From: Crocosphaera subtropica ATCC 51142 | GTDB taxonomy: Bacteria; Cyanobacteriota; Cyanobacteriia; Cyanobacteriales; Microcystaceae | Length of the DNA: 32,000 bases | Reading direction: 5' to 3' | NCBI RefSeq assembly: GCF_000017845.1 | Contig: NC_010546.1 | Span: 1,230,001-1,262,000 of the forward strand | Part shown: in pieces, positions 7,107 to 16,248 of the stretch | Numbering within the stretch: the stretch's first letter is position 1 | How the letters are laid out: every line of letters begins with the position of its first letter | Notes under the pieces: model-generated | What the model was told of the DNA's origin: nothing | The model's input: the letters and a program-made list of their open reading frames with translations, nothing else | Databases searched by the model: none | Made by a program: the position numbers and the translations under genes

Positions 7107-9752
7107 ATGTCAACCCTTGTTATTGTTGAATCACCCACCAAAGCCCGTACCATTAGAAATTATTTACCCCAAGGATATCAAGTCGAAGCATCCATGGGCC
7201 ATGTTCGGGATCTCCCGGCCTCGGCCGATGAAATACCCCCTTCTTACAAAGACAAAGACTGGGCTAATTTAGGGGTCAACGTAGAAAATGGCTTTGAACC
7301 CATTTATGTCATCCCCAAGGGCAAAAAAAAGGTGGTTCAGGGGTTAAAATCAGCGTTAAAAAGCGCAGATGAATTGATCTTAGCCACTGACGAAGATAGA
7401 GAAGGGGAAAGCATCAGTTGGCATTTATTACAACTTCTCAAGCCCAAAGTCCCCATTAAACGCATGGTGTTCCATGAGATCACCCGTGAGGCCATTCAAA
7501 AATCCCTCAAAAATTGCCGAGATATCGACGAAAACCTAGTTCATGCCCAAGAAACCAGAAGAATTTTAGACCGTTTATACGGTTATACTCTCTCTCCCTT
7601 ACTCTGGAAAAAAATTGCTTGGGGACTCTCTGCTGGTCGGGTTCAATCGGTGGCCGTACGCCTATTAGTACAACGGGAACGAGAACGCCTCGCTTTCCAA
7701 TCTGGAGGCTATTGGGATCTTAAAGCCTTACTGGAAAAAGAAAACAGTCCCTTTGAAGCTAAGTTAATCACCCTAGGAGGCAAAAAAATCGCCACTGGGT
7801 CAGATTTTGACCCGAATACAGGGAAAATTGCTCAGGGACGGGATGTGGTGCTGCTCAACGAACAAGAAGCGAATGCCCTCAAAGAGAGATTAGACGGGAA
7901 AACTTGGACGGTTACCAAAAAAGAAGAAAAAGCAACCACCCGTAAGCCCTATGCCCCTTTTACCACTTCCACCCTACAACAAGAATCGAACCGTAAATTG
8001 AGTATATCGGCAAGGGATACTATGCGCATTGCCCAAAAACTCTATGAAGAAGGTTATATCACCTATATGCGGACAGATTCGGTTCATTTATCCGATGAAG
8101 CCATCAAAGCAGCGAGAAACTGCGTTGAAGAAAAATACGGTAAGGAATATTTAAGCCCGAAACCCCGTCAATATACCACCAAAAGCAAAGGGGCCCAAGA
8201 AGCACACGAAGCCATTCGTCCGGCCGGAAATCGTTTCCGTACCCCTCAAGAAACTGGGTTATCAGGTCAAGAATTTGCCCTGTATGACCTCATTTGGAAG
8301 CGTACCGTTGCTTCTCAGATGGCCAACGCTAAATTAACCCAAATTAGTGTTCTTTTGGATGTAGAAGACGCAGGGTTTCGTTCCTCTGGGAAACGGATCG
8401 ATTTTCCTGGGTTTTTCAGGGCTTATGTAGAAGGTTCCGATGATCCCGATGCGGCCATTGAAGATCAAGAAGTCATTTTACCGCCCCTAGCAGAAGGCGA
8501 TCACCCCGACTGTAAGGAATTAGACGTATTGGGCCACGAAACCCAACCGCCGGCCCGTTATACAGAAGCGTCGTTAGTGAAAATGTTGGAAGGGGAAGGA
8601 GTAGGCCGGCCCAGTACCTACGCCAGTATTATTGGGACTATCCGCGATCGCGGTTATGCCCAAATGCGGAGTAAAGCGTTAGTGCCTACTTTTACCGCCT
8701 TTGCAGTGGTTAATTTACTGGAAAACCATTTTCCTGACTTGGTAGATACAAAGTTTACCTCAAAAATGGAGCAAACCCTCGACGAAATTGCCACCGGGGA
8801 AGCCCAATGGGTTCCCTATCTTCAAAAATTCTATTCAGGGGAAGAAGGGCTAGACACTCAAGTTAAAGTGAGAGTGGATCAAATTGATCCAGGGGTGGCT
8901 AAAGCCATCAATTTGGACAATTTAGACGCAACGGTGAAAATTGGTAAGTTTGGTCCTTATGTTGAAGTTTTGGACGGGGAAGAGAAAATTACGGCCTCTA
9001 TCCCGGCTGACTTAACCCCTTCCGATCTTAACCCCGAACAAGTTAATAAGTTACTGAAACAGAAAACCGAAGGCCCTGAGAAGTTAGGGTTACACCCCGA
9101 AACTGGCGAACCGATTTATGTTTTAATTGGCAGTTACGGTCCCTATGTTCAGTTAGGAGAAGCCACAGAAGAGAATAAAAAGCCAAAACGGGCTTCTTTA
9201 CCTAAAGGAACCAGTGTTGAAGATGTCACCCTAGAGATGGCAGTGGGGTTATTGGCCTTACCCCGTTTATTGGGAACCCATCCTGAAACGGGAGCAAAAA
9301 TTAAAGCCAGTATCGGACGGTTTGGCCCCTATGTGGTGCATGATCAAGGAAAAAGTGGCAAAGACTATCGATCGCTGAAAAAAGAGGATGATGTTTTAAC
9401 GGTGACGTTAGAAAGGGCCCTAGAATTACTGGCCCAACCCAAAAAAGGACGGGGTGGCGGTCGAACCAAGAAACCGTTAAAAGAGTTAGGGGTTCATCCT
9501 GATGATCAACAAGCGGTTAACGTTTACGAAGGTCCCTATGGGGTTTATGTTAAACATGGGAAGGTTAATGCCGGTTTACCGGAAGGGGAAACCGTTGAAA
9601 CCATTAACTTAGAAAAGGCGTTAGAATTGTTAGCGGCCAAAGCTTCTACTAAAAAGAAAACGACCCGTAAAACCACCAGTCAGACTAAGAAAACGACAAC
9701 AAGACGAACCACTAAGAGTAAAACTAGCACAAGTAAAGAGACAAATTCTTAA
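7107..9752 (+). CDS. topA: DNA topoisomerase I
   Basis: 881 aa. Toprim start [20 protein letters not shown] motif, active-site region YITYMRTDS. The C-terminus has four Cys-free GxxGPYV repeats and a Lys/Thr-rich tail. Confidence 0.97.
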   Translation: MSTLVIVESPTKARTIRNYLPQGYQVEASMGHVRDLPASADEIPPSYKDKDWANLGVNVENGFEPIYVIPKGKKKVVQGLKSALKSADELILATDEDREGESISWHLLQLLKPKVPIKRMVFHEITREAIQKSLKNCRDIDENLVHAQETRRILDRLYGYTLSPLLWKKIAWGLSAGRVQSVAVRLLVQRERERLAFQSGGYWDLKALLEKENSPFEAKLITLGGKKIATGSDFDPNTGKIAQGRDVVLLNEQEANALKERLDGKTWTVTKKEEKATTRKPYAPFTTSTLQQESNRKLSISARDTMRIAQKLYEEGYITYMRTDSVHLSDEAIKAARNCVEEKYGKEYLSPKPRQYTTKSKGAQEAHEAIRPAGNRFRTPQETGLSGQEFALYDLIWKRTVASQMANAKLTQISVLLDVEDAGFRSSGKRIDFPGFFRAYVEGSDDPDAAIEDQEVILPPLAEGDHPDCKELDVLGHETQPPARYTEASLVKMLEGEGVGRPSTYASIIGTIRDRGYAQMRSKALVPTFTAFAVVNLLENHFPDLVDTKFTSKMEQTLDEIATGEAQWVPYLQKFYSGEEGLDTQVKVRVDQIDPGVAKAINLDNLDATVKIGKFGPYVEVLDGEEKITASIPADLTPSDLNPEQVNKLLKQKTEGPEKLGLHPETGEPIYVLIGSYGPYVQLGEATEENKKPKRASLPKGTSVEDVTLEMAVGLLALPRLLGTHPETGAKIKASIGRFGPYVVHDQGKSGKDYRSLKKEDDVLTVTLERALELLAQPKKGRGGGRTKKPLKELGVHPDDQQAVNVYEGPYGVYVKHGKVNAGLPEGETVETINLEKALELLAAKASTKKKTTRKTTSQTKKTTTRRTTKSKTSTSKETNS

Positions 9753-9780
9753 GCTTAAATATCTGATAGATGTTTGTATT

Positions 9781-9887
9781 CTGATATCTTGCACCAGTAC
9801 AGAAAAACTCAATAACCAAGGACAGACAAAATAAACTCTGTTCCCTCCCTAAAGGAACTTCGTTTGAACAAAGGTGCAAGATGTGAT
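9781..9887. mobile_element. MITE-like element of about 100 bp with 10-bp perfect terminal inverted repeats ATCTTGCACC (9786-9795) / GGTGCAAGAT (9873-9882)
   Basis: TIRs read directly from the sequence. The internal sequence recurs, inverted and interrupted, at 16249-16608. Confidence 0.65.
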
Positions 9888-9925
9888 TATTTGTAGCAGT
9901 ACAAAGACAGATTATGACATTATTG

Positions 9926-9948
9926 TAAGGTGGGCATTGCCCACCTTA
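9926..9948. terminator. Perfect 11-bp-arm palindrome TAAGGTGGGCA-T-TGCCCACCTTA between convergent topA and the Uma2 gene; candidate bidirectional terminator and repeat-family member
   Basis: Read directly from the sequence. It sits 5 nt from the Uma2 stop codon, and a near copy lies at about 2599-2625. Confidence 0.55.
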
Positions 9949-9953
9949 TTATT

Positions 9954-10658
9954 TTATAATTCATGAGGATCAATCCCCAAGCTTCTAAGTCTTTCTTCTA
10001 GTAGTTTTGCTCTCTCTTGAGCTTGTAACGCTTCTTGTTGAGCTTCTCTTGCTTTTTCGTGAGATGTTAAATACCGTTTTCCTTGTCGATCATACCAATA
10101 TAACCACTCTCGTTCAACCCCTTGATAAACCCCTATTTCTCTACCGATGCCTAAATCAATTTCTGATAACCAAACCGGTTCCCCTGCTAATAATTCATAC
10201 TCTCCATTATTTAATTGATACACTTCTAAACGGGCTTTTCTTTTTCTTAAAGGATTATAAATAACATAATATAAAACCCCCATTTTTGCATAATCTTCTT
10301 TCTTTTGAGTATATTCTCCTCGTCTGGTTTGAGAAACGACTTCTAAAATCATTGTGGGGATAACCAGTTCATCCCATAACACATAAGATAACCTCAAATC
10401 TGAATCAATAATACGGGGAACTCCTAGGCTTAAAAACCCATCCGGAACGATTACCTCTGTAGGATTTTCAGGGTCATAATAAATCCCCATATCTACTCCA
10501 AAATACCAGTCCATTCTCTCTTCCCAAATCAAGGCTAAAATATCTTTGAGAACATGGGGGATTAAGTCTTGTAATTCGTTATCCACGGGAGTATCATCGG
10601 AGTCTGGTAAATCTTCAGCAGAGGGTAAACAATGACGAGGATTATAGTTTAATAGCAT
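9954..10658 (-). CDS. Uma2-family (DUF820) endonuclease
   Basis: 234 aa. The N-terminus LPDSDDTPVDNELQDLIPHVL and the D...E.K core (ILEVVSQTRRGEYTQKKEDYAKMGVLYYVIYNP) are typical of the Uma2 proteins abundant in cyanobacteria. Confidence 0.8.
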   Translation of the reverse strand: MLLNYNPRHCLPSAEDLPDSDDTPVDNELQDLIPHVLKDILALIWEERMDWYFGVDMGIYYDPENPTEVIVPDGFLSLGVPRIIDSDLRLSYVLWDELVIPTMILEVVSQTRRGEYTQKKEDYAKMGVLYYVIYNPLRKRKARLEVYQLNNGEYELLAGEPVWLSEIDLGIGREIGVYQGVEREWLYWYDRQGKRYLTSHEKAREAQQEALQAQERAKLLEERLRSLGIDPHEL

Positions 10659-11025
10659 TGTCAGAAATTGAATTCGCTTAGGAAGATTTTATTTTATTGT
10701 ATCATTATCGTTTTCTCTTGTTACTATTAATAGATAAAAATACTACTAACAGTAATATTAATATCAGGAAAACCTAGTCATCAGATAGGCTGAAGCCTTG
10801 ACTATGAACTTTTCTATTTGATATGTAATTACACCTATAAACTACTATACTTTCATAGTCTCAGTGAAAATTTTAAGAAAATTTTGGGAATACTAACTGT
10901 AGTTACTTAATCATTTCTATCAATAGAGATGATAGCTTAATTTATCCATAATTGGACTTAAATCGATTTCTAATAGCATTCTAGTTAATAATGAATGTTA
11001 TCAACTTACCTTACTAAAAATTATT

Positions 11026-12501
11026 ATGAGTAATTGGAAACCTGGAACAAGATTACAAAATGGTCGCTATGAAATTAATAAAGTTTTAGGATATGGAGGG
11101 TCAGGAATTACCTATCGTGCAAAAGAATATCCTCAAGGAAATCCAGTTGCTATAAAAACTCTCAATGTTATTATTCAAAATCAACCTGATTTTAGTAAAC
11201 ATCAAGAGCGATTTATTCAAGAAGCTTTTTGTCTAGCAAAATGTAATCATCCCCATGTTATTAAAGTCCATAATGTCTGCCAAGAACAACAACTTTGGTG
11301 TATGGTAATGGATTATATCGGAGGGGGAACCCTTCGACAATATGTTAATTATAAAAATGGTATCTCTGAAGAAGAAGCACTAAAATATATTCAACAAATT
11401 GGTTCAGCTTTAACTTATATTCACGAACAAGGATTTATTCATCGAGACGTTAAACCTGGTAATATTATGCTTCGCAAAAAAGATATGCAAGCTATTTTAA
11501 TTGACTTTGGTTTAGCGAGAGAATTTGTACAAGATAAAATTCAAACTCATACTAATTCTCGCACAGAATCTTTTGCTCCTTTAGAACAATATGAATTGAC
11601 AGCAAAACGGGGAGCTTATACCGATGTTTATGCGTTAGCAGCCACTTTATATTATGTTCTCACCTTACAGTTGCCCTTTCCTGCCCCTTTTCGTCAACAA
11701 GGAGCTACTCTTATTCCTCCAAAACAGCATAATCCTGATATCAGTGATACTGTTAATGTTGCTATTCTTCAAGGGATGGAATTACAGCCTCAAAAACGTC
11801 CTCAATCGATTCAAGAATGGCTAAAAATGTTAACAGAAAAGCAAATTACGCTGTCTCGAAGACGTAATTTAAGAAACTCTCGACAAGTGATTCTAAATCC
11901 TGCGAGAAAAGAACAATTATCTACGACGATGACTTCTAGTTTTTCTGAACAATATTATCCAAGTGAACCGACAAAACAGTCCAAAAAAGAAACGAAAACT
12001 GCTCAGAACATTTCTAAAATTCTTTTTCTTTCAAACTCGAATATTGATTATGAAAAATTACAAGAATTTTTAACTTTAGGAAATTTAAAAGAAGCGGATC
12101 AAGAAACAGCAAAAATTATCTTAACCTTAACACATCGAGAAAAACAAGGATGGATAGATCAGCATCATGTTGAAAATTTACCCTGTCATGAATTACAAAT
12201 TATTAATCAACTTTGGTATGAAGGCAGTAATGGACGCTTTGGGTTTTCGGTACAAAAAAAACTGTATCAAAAATTGGGAGGAAAGGCAGAATATAACACA
12301 AAAGTTTGGCGTGATTTTGGGGATAAAGTAGGTTGGAGAAACAATAATAATTGGCTATCTTACAAAGACCTTAATTTTAATCTGTGGGCCCCTCCAGGGC
12401 ATTTACCCATGCTAGGGATGCAGTTGTGGGGGTTTACAGGATGGTTAACGGTATTGATTAATCGATTAAACATCTGTCAAATTCAAGATAAAAATAACTA
12501 A
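11026..12501 (+). CDS. Ser/Thr protein kinase fused to a C-terminal GUN4-like domain
   Basis: Kinase motifs GYGGSGITY, VAIKTL, HRDVKPGN and DFGLA. After a low-complexity linker, the C-terminal ~150 aa (LKEADQET...LPCHELQIINQLW...NGRFGFSVQKKLY...GW...PPGHLP) match the GUN4 porphyrin-binding domain pattern. Confidence 0.85.
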   Translation: MSNWKPGTRLQNGRYEINKVLGYGGSGITYRAKEYPQGNPVAIKTLNVIIQNQPDFSKHQERFIQEAFCLAKCNHPHVIKVHNVCQEQQLWCMVMDYIGGGTLRQYVNYKNGISEEEALKYIQQIGSALTYIHEQGFIHRDVKPGNIMLRKKDMQAILIDFGLAREFVQDKIQTHTNSRTESFAPLEQYELTAKRGAYTDVYALAATLYYVLTLQLPFPAPFRQQGATLIPPKQHNPDISDTVNVAILQGMELQPQKRPQSIQEWLKMLTEKQITLSRRRNLRNSRQVILNPARKEQLSTTMTSSFSEQYYPSEPTKQSKKETKTAQNISKILFLSNSNIDYEKLQEFLTLGNLKEADQETAKIILTLTHREKQGWIDQHHVENLPCHELQIINQLWYEGSNGRFGFSVQKKLYQKLGGKAEYNTKVWRDFGDKVGWRNNNNWLSYKDLNFNLWAPPGHLPMLGMQLWGFTGWLTVLINRLNICQIQDKNN

Positions 12502-12576
12502 TTAGTCACTCTATTTTGAATCAGATGACAATGTTTGGTAAGATAGAAAATAATTGAGTAAAAAAAACTAAAGAAT

Positions 12577-12774
12577 ATGAACTTATTATTAGCAACCGCC
12601 GGAGAATTCCCAACCTATTTTGTTATCGTCTATGTTGTCGGTTTCATTGCTGCTGTGACCATCGGTTCCATTGCTTGGTATAATTCAAAACGTCCCGCTG
12701 GCTGGGAAAATGCAGAAAAGCCCGATTATATTCCTGATGTAAAAACAGAGGAGCAAACGGAAAATCAGTCATAG
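12577..12774 (+). CDS. Small single-pass membrane protein conserved in cyanobacteria (possibly Psb35-like; uncertain)
   Basis: 65 aa with one hydrophobic helix (FPTYFVIVYVVGFIAAVTIGSIAWY), then NSKRPAGWE and an acidic tail. The family assignment is from memory only. Confidence 0.45.
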   Translation: MNLLLATAGEFPTYFVIVYVVGFIAAVTIGSIAWYNSKRPAGWENAEKPDYIPDVKTEEQTENQS

Positions 12775-12826
12775 ATTAACGAATCGAACGACCTTAAAAA
12801 TGTTGAATCATCCCTAAGTTATTATC

Positions 12827-13294
12827 GTGAAGTCTTCAAAAATTGACCAGTTATTACAAGACTTGAAAAAAACGGATGAAGTAGCCCGCCAAAGGGCTAC
12901 CGCTAAACTGTGGCAACTATGGTTTGAACAAAAAGGAGAAATTGGCTGGGAATTATTAAGGCGATCACAATCTTTTTTAGAAGCAGGAAATTTTCAAAAA
13001 GCAGAAGAATTGCTAACAGAAACCATCAAAAATTATCCTGATTTTGCTGAAGCCTGGAATCGGCGTGCTGTTCTTTATTTTTCCTTAGAAAAGTACGAAA
13101 AGGCGAAAGAAGATTGTCAACAAGTGATTCGCTTAATTCCCTATCATTTTGGGGCGTTACATGGCTTAGGATTATGTTTATTAGCCTTGGGACAGTATCG
13201 AGAAGCGATCGCAGCTTTCCGAAAAGCCCTAGAGGTACAACCTCATGCTTTAATCAATCAAAAATTAATTTTAGAATGTACTGCTCTACTTTAA
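12827..13294 (+). CDS. TPR-repeat protein
   Basis: 155 aa from a GTG start. It shows TPR-like A/Y/P periodicity (AEAWNRRAVLYFSLEKYEKAKEDCQQVIRLIPYH; ALHGLGLCLLALGQYREAIAAFRKALEVQP). Confidence 0.65.
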   Translation: MKSSKIDQLLQDLKKTDEVARQRATAKLWQLWFEQKGEIGWELLRRSQSFLEAGNFQKAEELLTETIKNYPDFAEAWNRRAVLYFSLEKYEKAKEDCQQVIRLIPYHFGALHGLGLCLLALGQYREAIAAFRKALEVQPHALINQKLILECTALL

Positions 13295-13295
13295 G

Positions 13296-14177
13296 CTAAA
13301 TCTGATTTTTTTCCTCATTAAATCCTTGATTGGCTCGTTTTTTCAACTGTTGAGCCAAGATACCATATTTAGGGGCAAAAATCATGGTAAGAATAAATAA
13401 TGCCGTCAACAGTACCACAATACTCCCCCCTGTCGAAACATCAAGATAATAGCTGAGATAGGTTCCTAAAACACAGGAAAGAACACTACTGATCACAGCA
13501 ACCACTAACATATAATCAAAGCGATCGCTCAACAAATAGCCAATCGATCCAGGGGTGACTAACATAGAAATAACCAGAATAATACCTGCGGTTTGTAATG
13601 CGGCCACAATTGTTAAAGCCAAAACAGAAAGCAAAGTATAATACATCACCTGAGTATTAAGACCAATAGCTGTGGCATGGTTAGGATCGAAACAAAACAG
13701 AAGTAAATCTTTACGCCGTAGTAGAATAACAACCAAAGTAATGATTCCTGCCATTAAGCTTTGAATGATGTCTTGTTGAGAAATACCCAAAACATTACCA
13801 AAAAGAATATGAAATAAATCAATATTACTCGGAATTTTTGTTACTAAAACTAACCCAAAAGCAAAAAATCCTGTAAAAACAATGCCAATGACAGCATCTT
13901 CTTTCAGTCGAGTCATAGACGTAATATAACCAATGGCAACCGTTGCCCCAAAGCCAAATAAAAATGCTCCAATAGCAAAGGGAATATTCAGGGCATAAGC
14001 CACCACCACCCCAGGCACCACCGAATGGGAAATGGCATCCCCCATCAAAGACCACCCCTTGAGGGTAATATAGCAAGAAAGCACCGCACAAACCAAGCCA
14101 ACAAAGGCACTCACCCAGATAGCTTGCACCAAAAACCCATATTGCAAGGGTTCAATCAACCAGTTCCATACCATCAT
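13296..14177 (-). CDS. mntB: Manganese/metal ABC transporter permease
   Basis: 293 aa polytopic membrane protein of the ZnuB/TroCD/MntB type (GDAISHSVVPGVV motif). It is the last gene of an mntC-mntA-mntB arrangement, and its start overlaps the mntA stop codon. Confidence 0.85.
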   Translation of the reverse strand: MMVWNWLIEPLQYGFLVQAIWVSAFVGLVCAVLSCYITLKGWSLMGDAISHSVVPGVVVAYALNIPFAIGAFLFGFGATVAIGYITSMTRLKEDAVIGIVFTGFFAFGLVLVTKIPSNIDLFHILFGNVLGISQQDIIQSLMAGIITLVVILLRRKDLLLFCFDPNHATAIGLNTQVMYYTLLSVLALTIVAALQTAGIILVISMLVTPGSIGYLLSDRFDYMLVVAVISSVLSCVLGTYLSYYLDVSTGGSIVVLLTALFILTMIFAPKYGILAQQLKKRANQGFNEEKNQI

Positions 14178-14959
14178 GACTCTGAACCCCGAACTCCGAA
14201 CTCCGAACTTAGATTACTGACAGGTAACCCACCAAAGGTCATCTCTAAATTTTCTTCTGTAAAGGTTTCTTCGGTGGTACCCGACGCTAGAATGGTACGG
14301 TTGAGGAGAATTGTGCGATCGCAGAAGGTAGAAATAGACATCAAATCATGGGTCGACACTAAAAGGGTATGACCTTCTTCTCGCAACTGGATCATCAGAT
14401 CAATCATGCTTTTTTCCGTCTTAACATCCACCCCCGTAAAAGGTTCATCCAGTAAAATGACTTTACCTTCTTGCGCCAAAGCCCTGGCTAGAAACGCCCG
14501 TTTTTTCTGTCCTCCTGACAGTTCACCGATCTGATGATGACGAAACTCTGTCATACCCACTCGTTCTAGGCTTTCCATCACTAATCTTTTATCTTTGGCA
14601 CTGGGAATGCGTAATAGGTTCATGTAACCATAACGTCCCATCATCACCACTTCAAAGACACTGACGGGAAAGTTCCAGTCCACTTCATCGGCTTGGGGTA
14701 CATAAGCCATCCACTGGCGTTTTTGAGCTTTTTTAACGGAAGTTCCTCCCACCAAAACCTGTCCTTGACTGGGGGACAAAAACCCCATGATCGATTTAAA
14801 CAAGGTGGACTTACCGCAACCGTTAGGACCGACCAACGCAGTAATCGAACCGGGTTCTACGGTACAACTGGCATTGTACAGGGCTAGTTTAGCGTTGTTG
14901 TAGGTAACACTGAGGTTATCTACTGTAATATTGAGTCGTTGGTTTATTGATGACATCAT
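14174..14959 (-). CDS. mntA: Manganese/metal ABC transporter ATP-binding protein
   Basis: Walker A GPNGCGKST, signature LSGGQKKR, Walker B ILLDEP. It lies between the SBP and permease genes. Confidence 0.9.
   Translation of the reverse strand: MMSSINQRLNITVDNLSVTYNNAKLALYNASCTVEPGSITALVGPNGCGKSTLFKSIMGFLSPSQGQVLVGGTSVKKAQKRQWMAYVPQADEVDWNFPVSVFEVVMMGRYGYMNLLRIPSAKDKRLVMESLERVGMTEFRHHQIGELSGGQKKRAFLARALAQEGKVILLDEPFTGVDVKTEKSMIDLMIQLREEGHTLLVSTHDLMSISTFCDRTILLNRTILASGTTEETFTEENLEMTFGGLPVSNLSSEFGVRGSES
14181..14208. repeat. Four tandem heptamers (plus strand TCTGAAC CCCGAAC TCCGAAC TCCGAAC) inside the 3' end of mntA
   Basis: Read directly from the sequence. They encode the C-terminal tail ...SEFGVRGSES of MntA, immediately before the mntA stop / mntB start overlap. 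Confidence 0.8.
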
Positions 14960-15185
14960 TGTGAACTAAATCCTTAAATGGTTTGTATTAAAGAGTTATG
15001 AGACACTATACCGCTACGCACTCATGCAAAATTAGACTAGAAAAGGGTTTCAAGTTTTGTGAATTTCCGAACCATAATGCCTAGTGCTATAAGGGGTGGA
15101 ACATAAATCTCATTCATTATCTTAAGAAATGTAAATTGCTTGTTAAACCTGTCTGAAGTTACACTTGCTTGACTTAAACAGGTAC

Positions 15186-16169
15186 TTATTGCGTCTTACT
15201 ACCAGCGAGTAACCCGTTAGAAATAACACGAGCATCGTATTCGAGTAAGTCTAAGAAGGTAGGCACTGGCCCTTCTTCGGTGGAAAGAGAGTCAACATAA
15301 AGGTTGCCCCCAAACCGTGAGCCAGTGGTTTTGGCGACTTGTTTTTGTCCCTCGTCACTGACGGTACTTTCACAAAAAACAGTAGGAACCTTATTCGTTT
15401 TCACCTTATCAATGACCGTTTTGACCTGTTTAGGAGTAAACTGCTGTTCAGCATTAATCGGCCACATATAAATTTCTTTTAAATTGTAGTCACGGGCTAA
15501 ATAGGAGAATGCTCCCTCGCAACTCACTAAATATCGCTGATTTTCAGGGACTTGCTCTAAATCTGCTTGGAGTTGCTCATCAATCGCTTTGAGTTTTTCG
15601 CTGTAAGCAGCAGCATTGGCGTTGTATGTCTCGGCGTTGTCGGGGTCAAGTTCCACAAAGGCTTTACGAATATTCTCCACATAAACTAAAGCGTTTCTAG
15701 GGGACATCCAAGCATGGGGGTTAGGTTTATCGGCGTAGGGACCTTCTGAAATAGGAATGGGTTCAATCCCTTCTGTCAACAGCACTGAAGGCACATCTTT
15801 GATATTGCCTAAAAACTGCTCAAACCAACGTTCTAGGTTCATGCCATTATATAAAACAAGGTCAGCGTCTTGCGCTTTGGTAATATCACTAGGAGTTGGT
15901 TCATAACCGTGAATTTCTGCGCCAATACGGGTAATTGACTGTACGTCTAACTTATCCCCCGCTACGTTTTGAGCGATGTCCGCTAGAACGGTAAAAGTTG
16001 TCAATACTTTCTTTTTTCCCTGATGATCGGCAGCTAATTCCCTGGGTTCCCTATTGTCTGTTTGGGTGGAAGGATCAGTGACTTCATTGGAAGTACAACT
16101 GATTAACCCAACCCCTAAAGTCAAACTAAGGGTAAGGACAATGCCCCGTGACAAGAATATGGGTATCAT
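15186..16169 (-). CDS. mntC: Manganese ABC transporter substrate-binding lipoprotein
   Basis: 327 aa. Signal peptide with a lipobox-like LISC, cluster A-I SBP features (HGYEP, NPHAWMSP). Gene order mntC-mntA-mntB matches Synechocystis mntCAB. Confidence 0.85.
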   Translation of the reverse strand: MIPIFLSRGIVLTLSLTLGVGLISCTSNEVTDPSTQTDNREPRELAADHQGKKKVLTTFTVLADIAQNVAGDKLDVQSITRIGAEIHGYEPTPSDITKAQDADLVLYNGMNLERWFEQFLGNIKDVPSVLLTEGIEPIPISEGPYADKPNPHAWMSPRNALVYVENIRKAFVELDPDNAETYNANAAAYSEKLKAIDEQLQADLEQVPENQRYLVSCEGAFSYLARDYNLKEIYMWPINAEQQFTPKQVKTVIDKVKTNKVPTVFCESTVSDEGQKQVAKTTGSRFGGNLYVDSLSTEEGPVPTFLDLLEYDARVISNGLLAGSKTQ

Positions 16170-16188
16170 TGCAAAATTGATTGGCTTT

Positions 16189-16232
16189 ATCTCATAATTT
16201 TATCATAATTATCTCATAATTTTTTCATAATT
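16189..16232. promoter_or_regulatory. Four tandem 11-bp units, each ending in TCATAATT (cores at 16192, 16203, 16214 and 16225), 23-63 nt upstream of the mntC start codon; candidate operator/promoter array
   Basis: Exact 11-bp periodicity read from the sequence: ATCTCATAATT TTATCATAATT ATCTCATAATT TTTTCATAATT. Any regulator assignment is inference. Confidence 0.5.
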
Positions 16233-16248
16233 GCTTAAGACAAGCATA

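Noticed and set aside
7514-10264. ORFs 7514-7723 (+), 9630-9812 (-) and 10007-10264 (+)
   Set aside because: They are alternate-frame or antisense ORFs within topA and the Uma2 gene. Their Arg/Pro/Ser-rich or Leu-rich compositions are typical of out-of-frame translation.
13114-14887. ORFs 13114-13299, 13825-14091, 14025-14372 and 14693-14887 overlapping the TPR, mntB and mntA genes
   Set aside because: They are embedded in, or antisense to, confidently assigned genes, and their sequences are compositionally odd (Cys/Trp/Gly-rich or Arg/Pro-rich).
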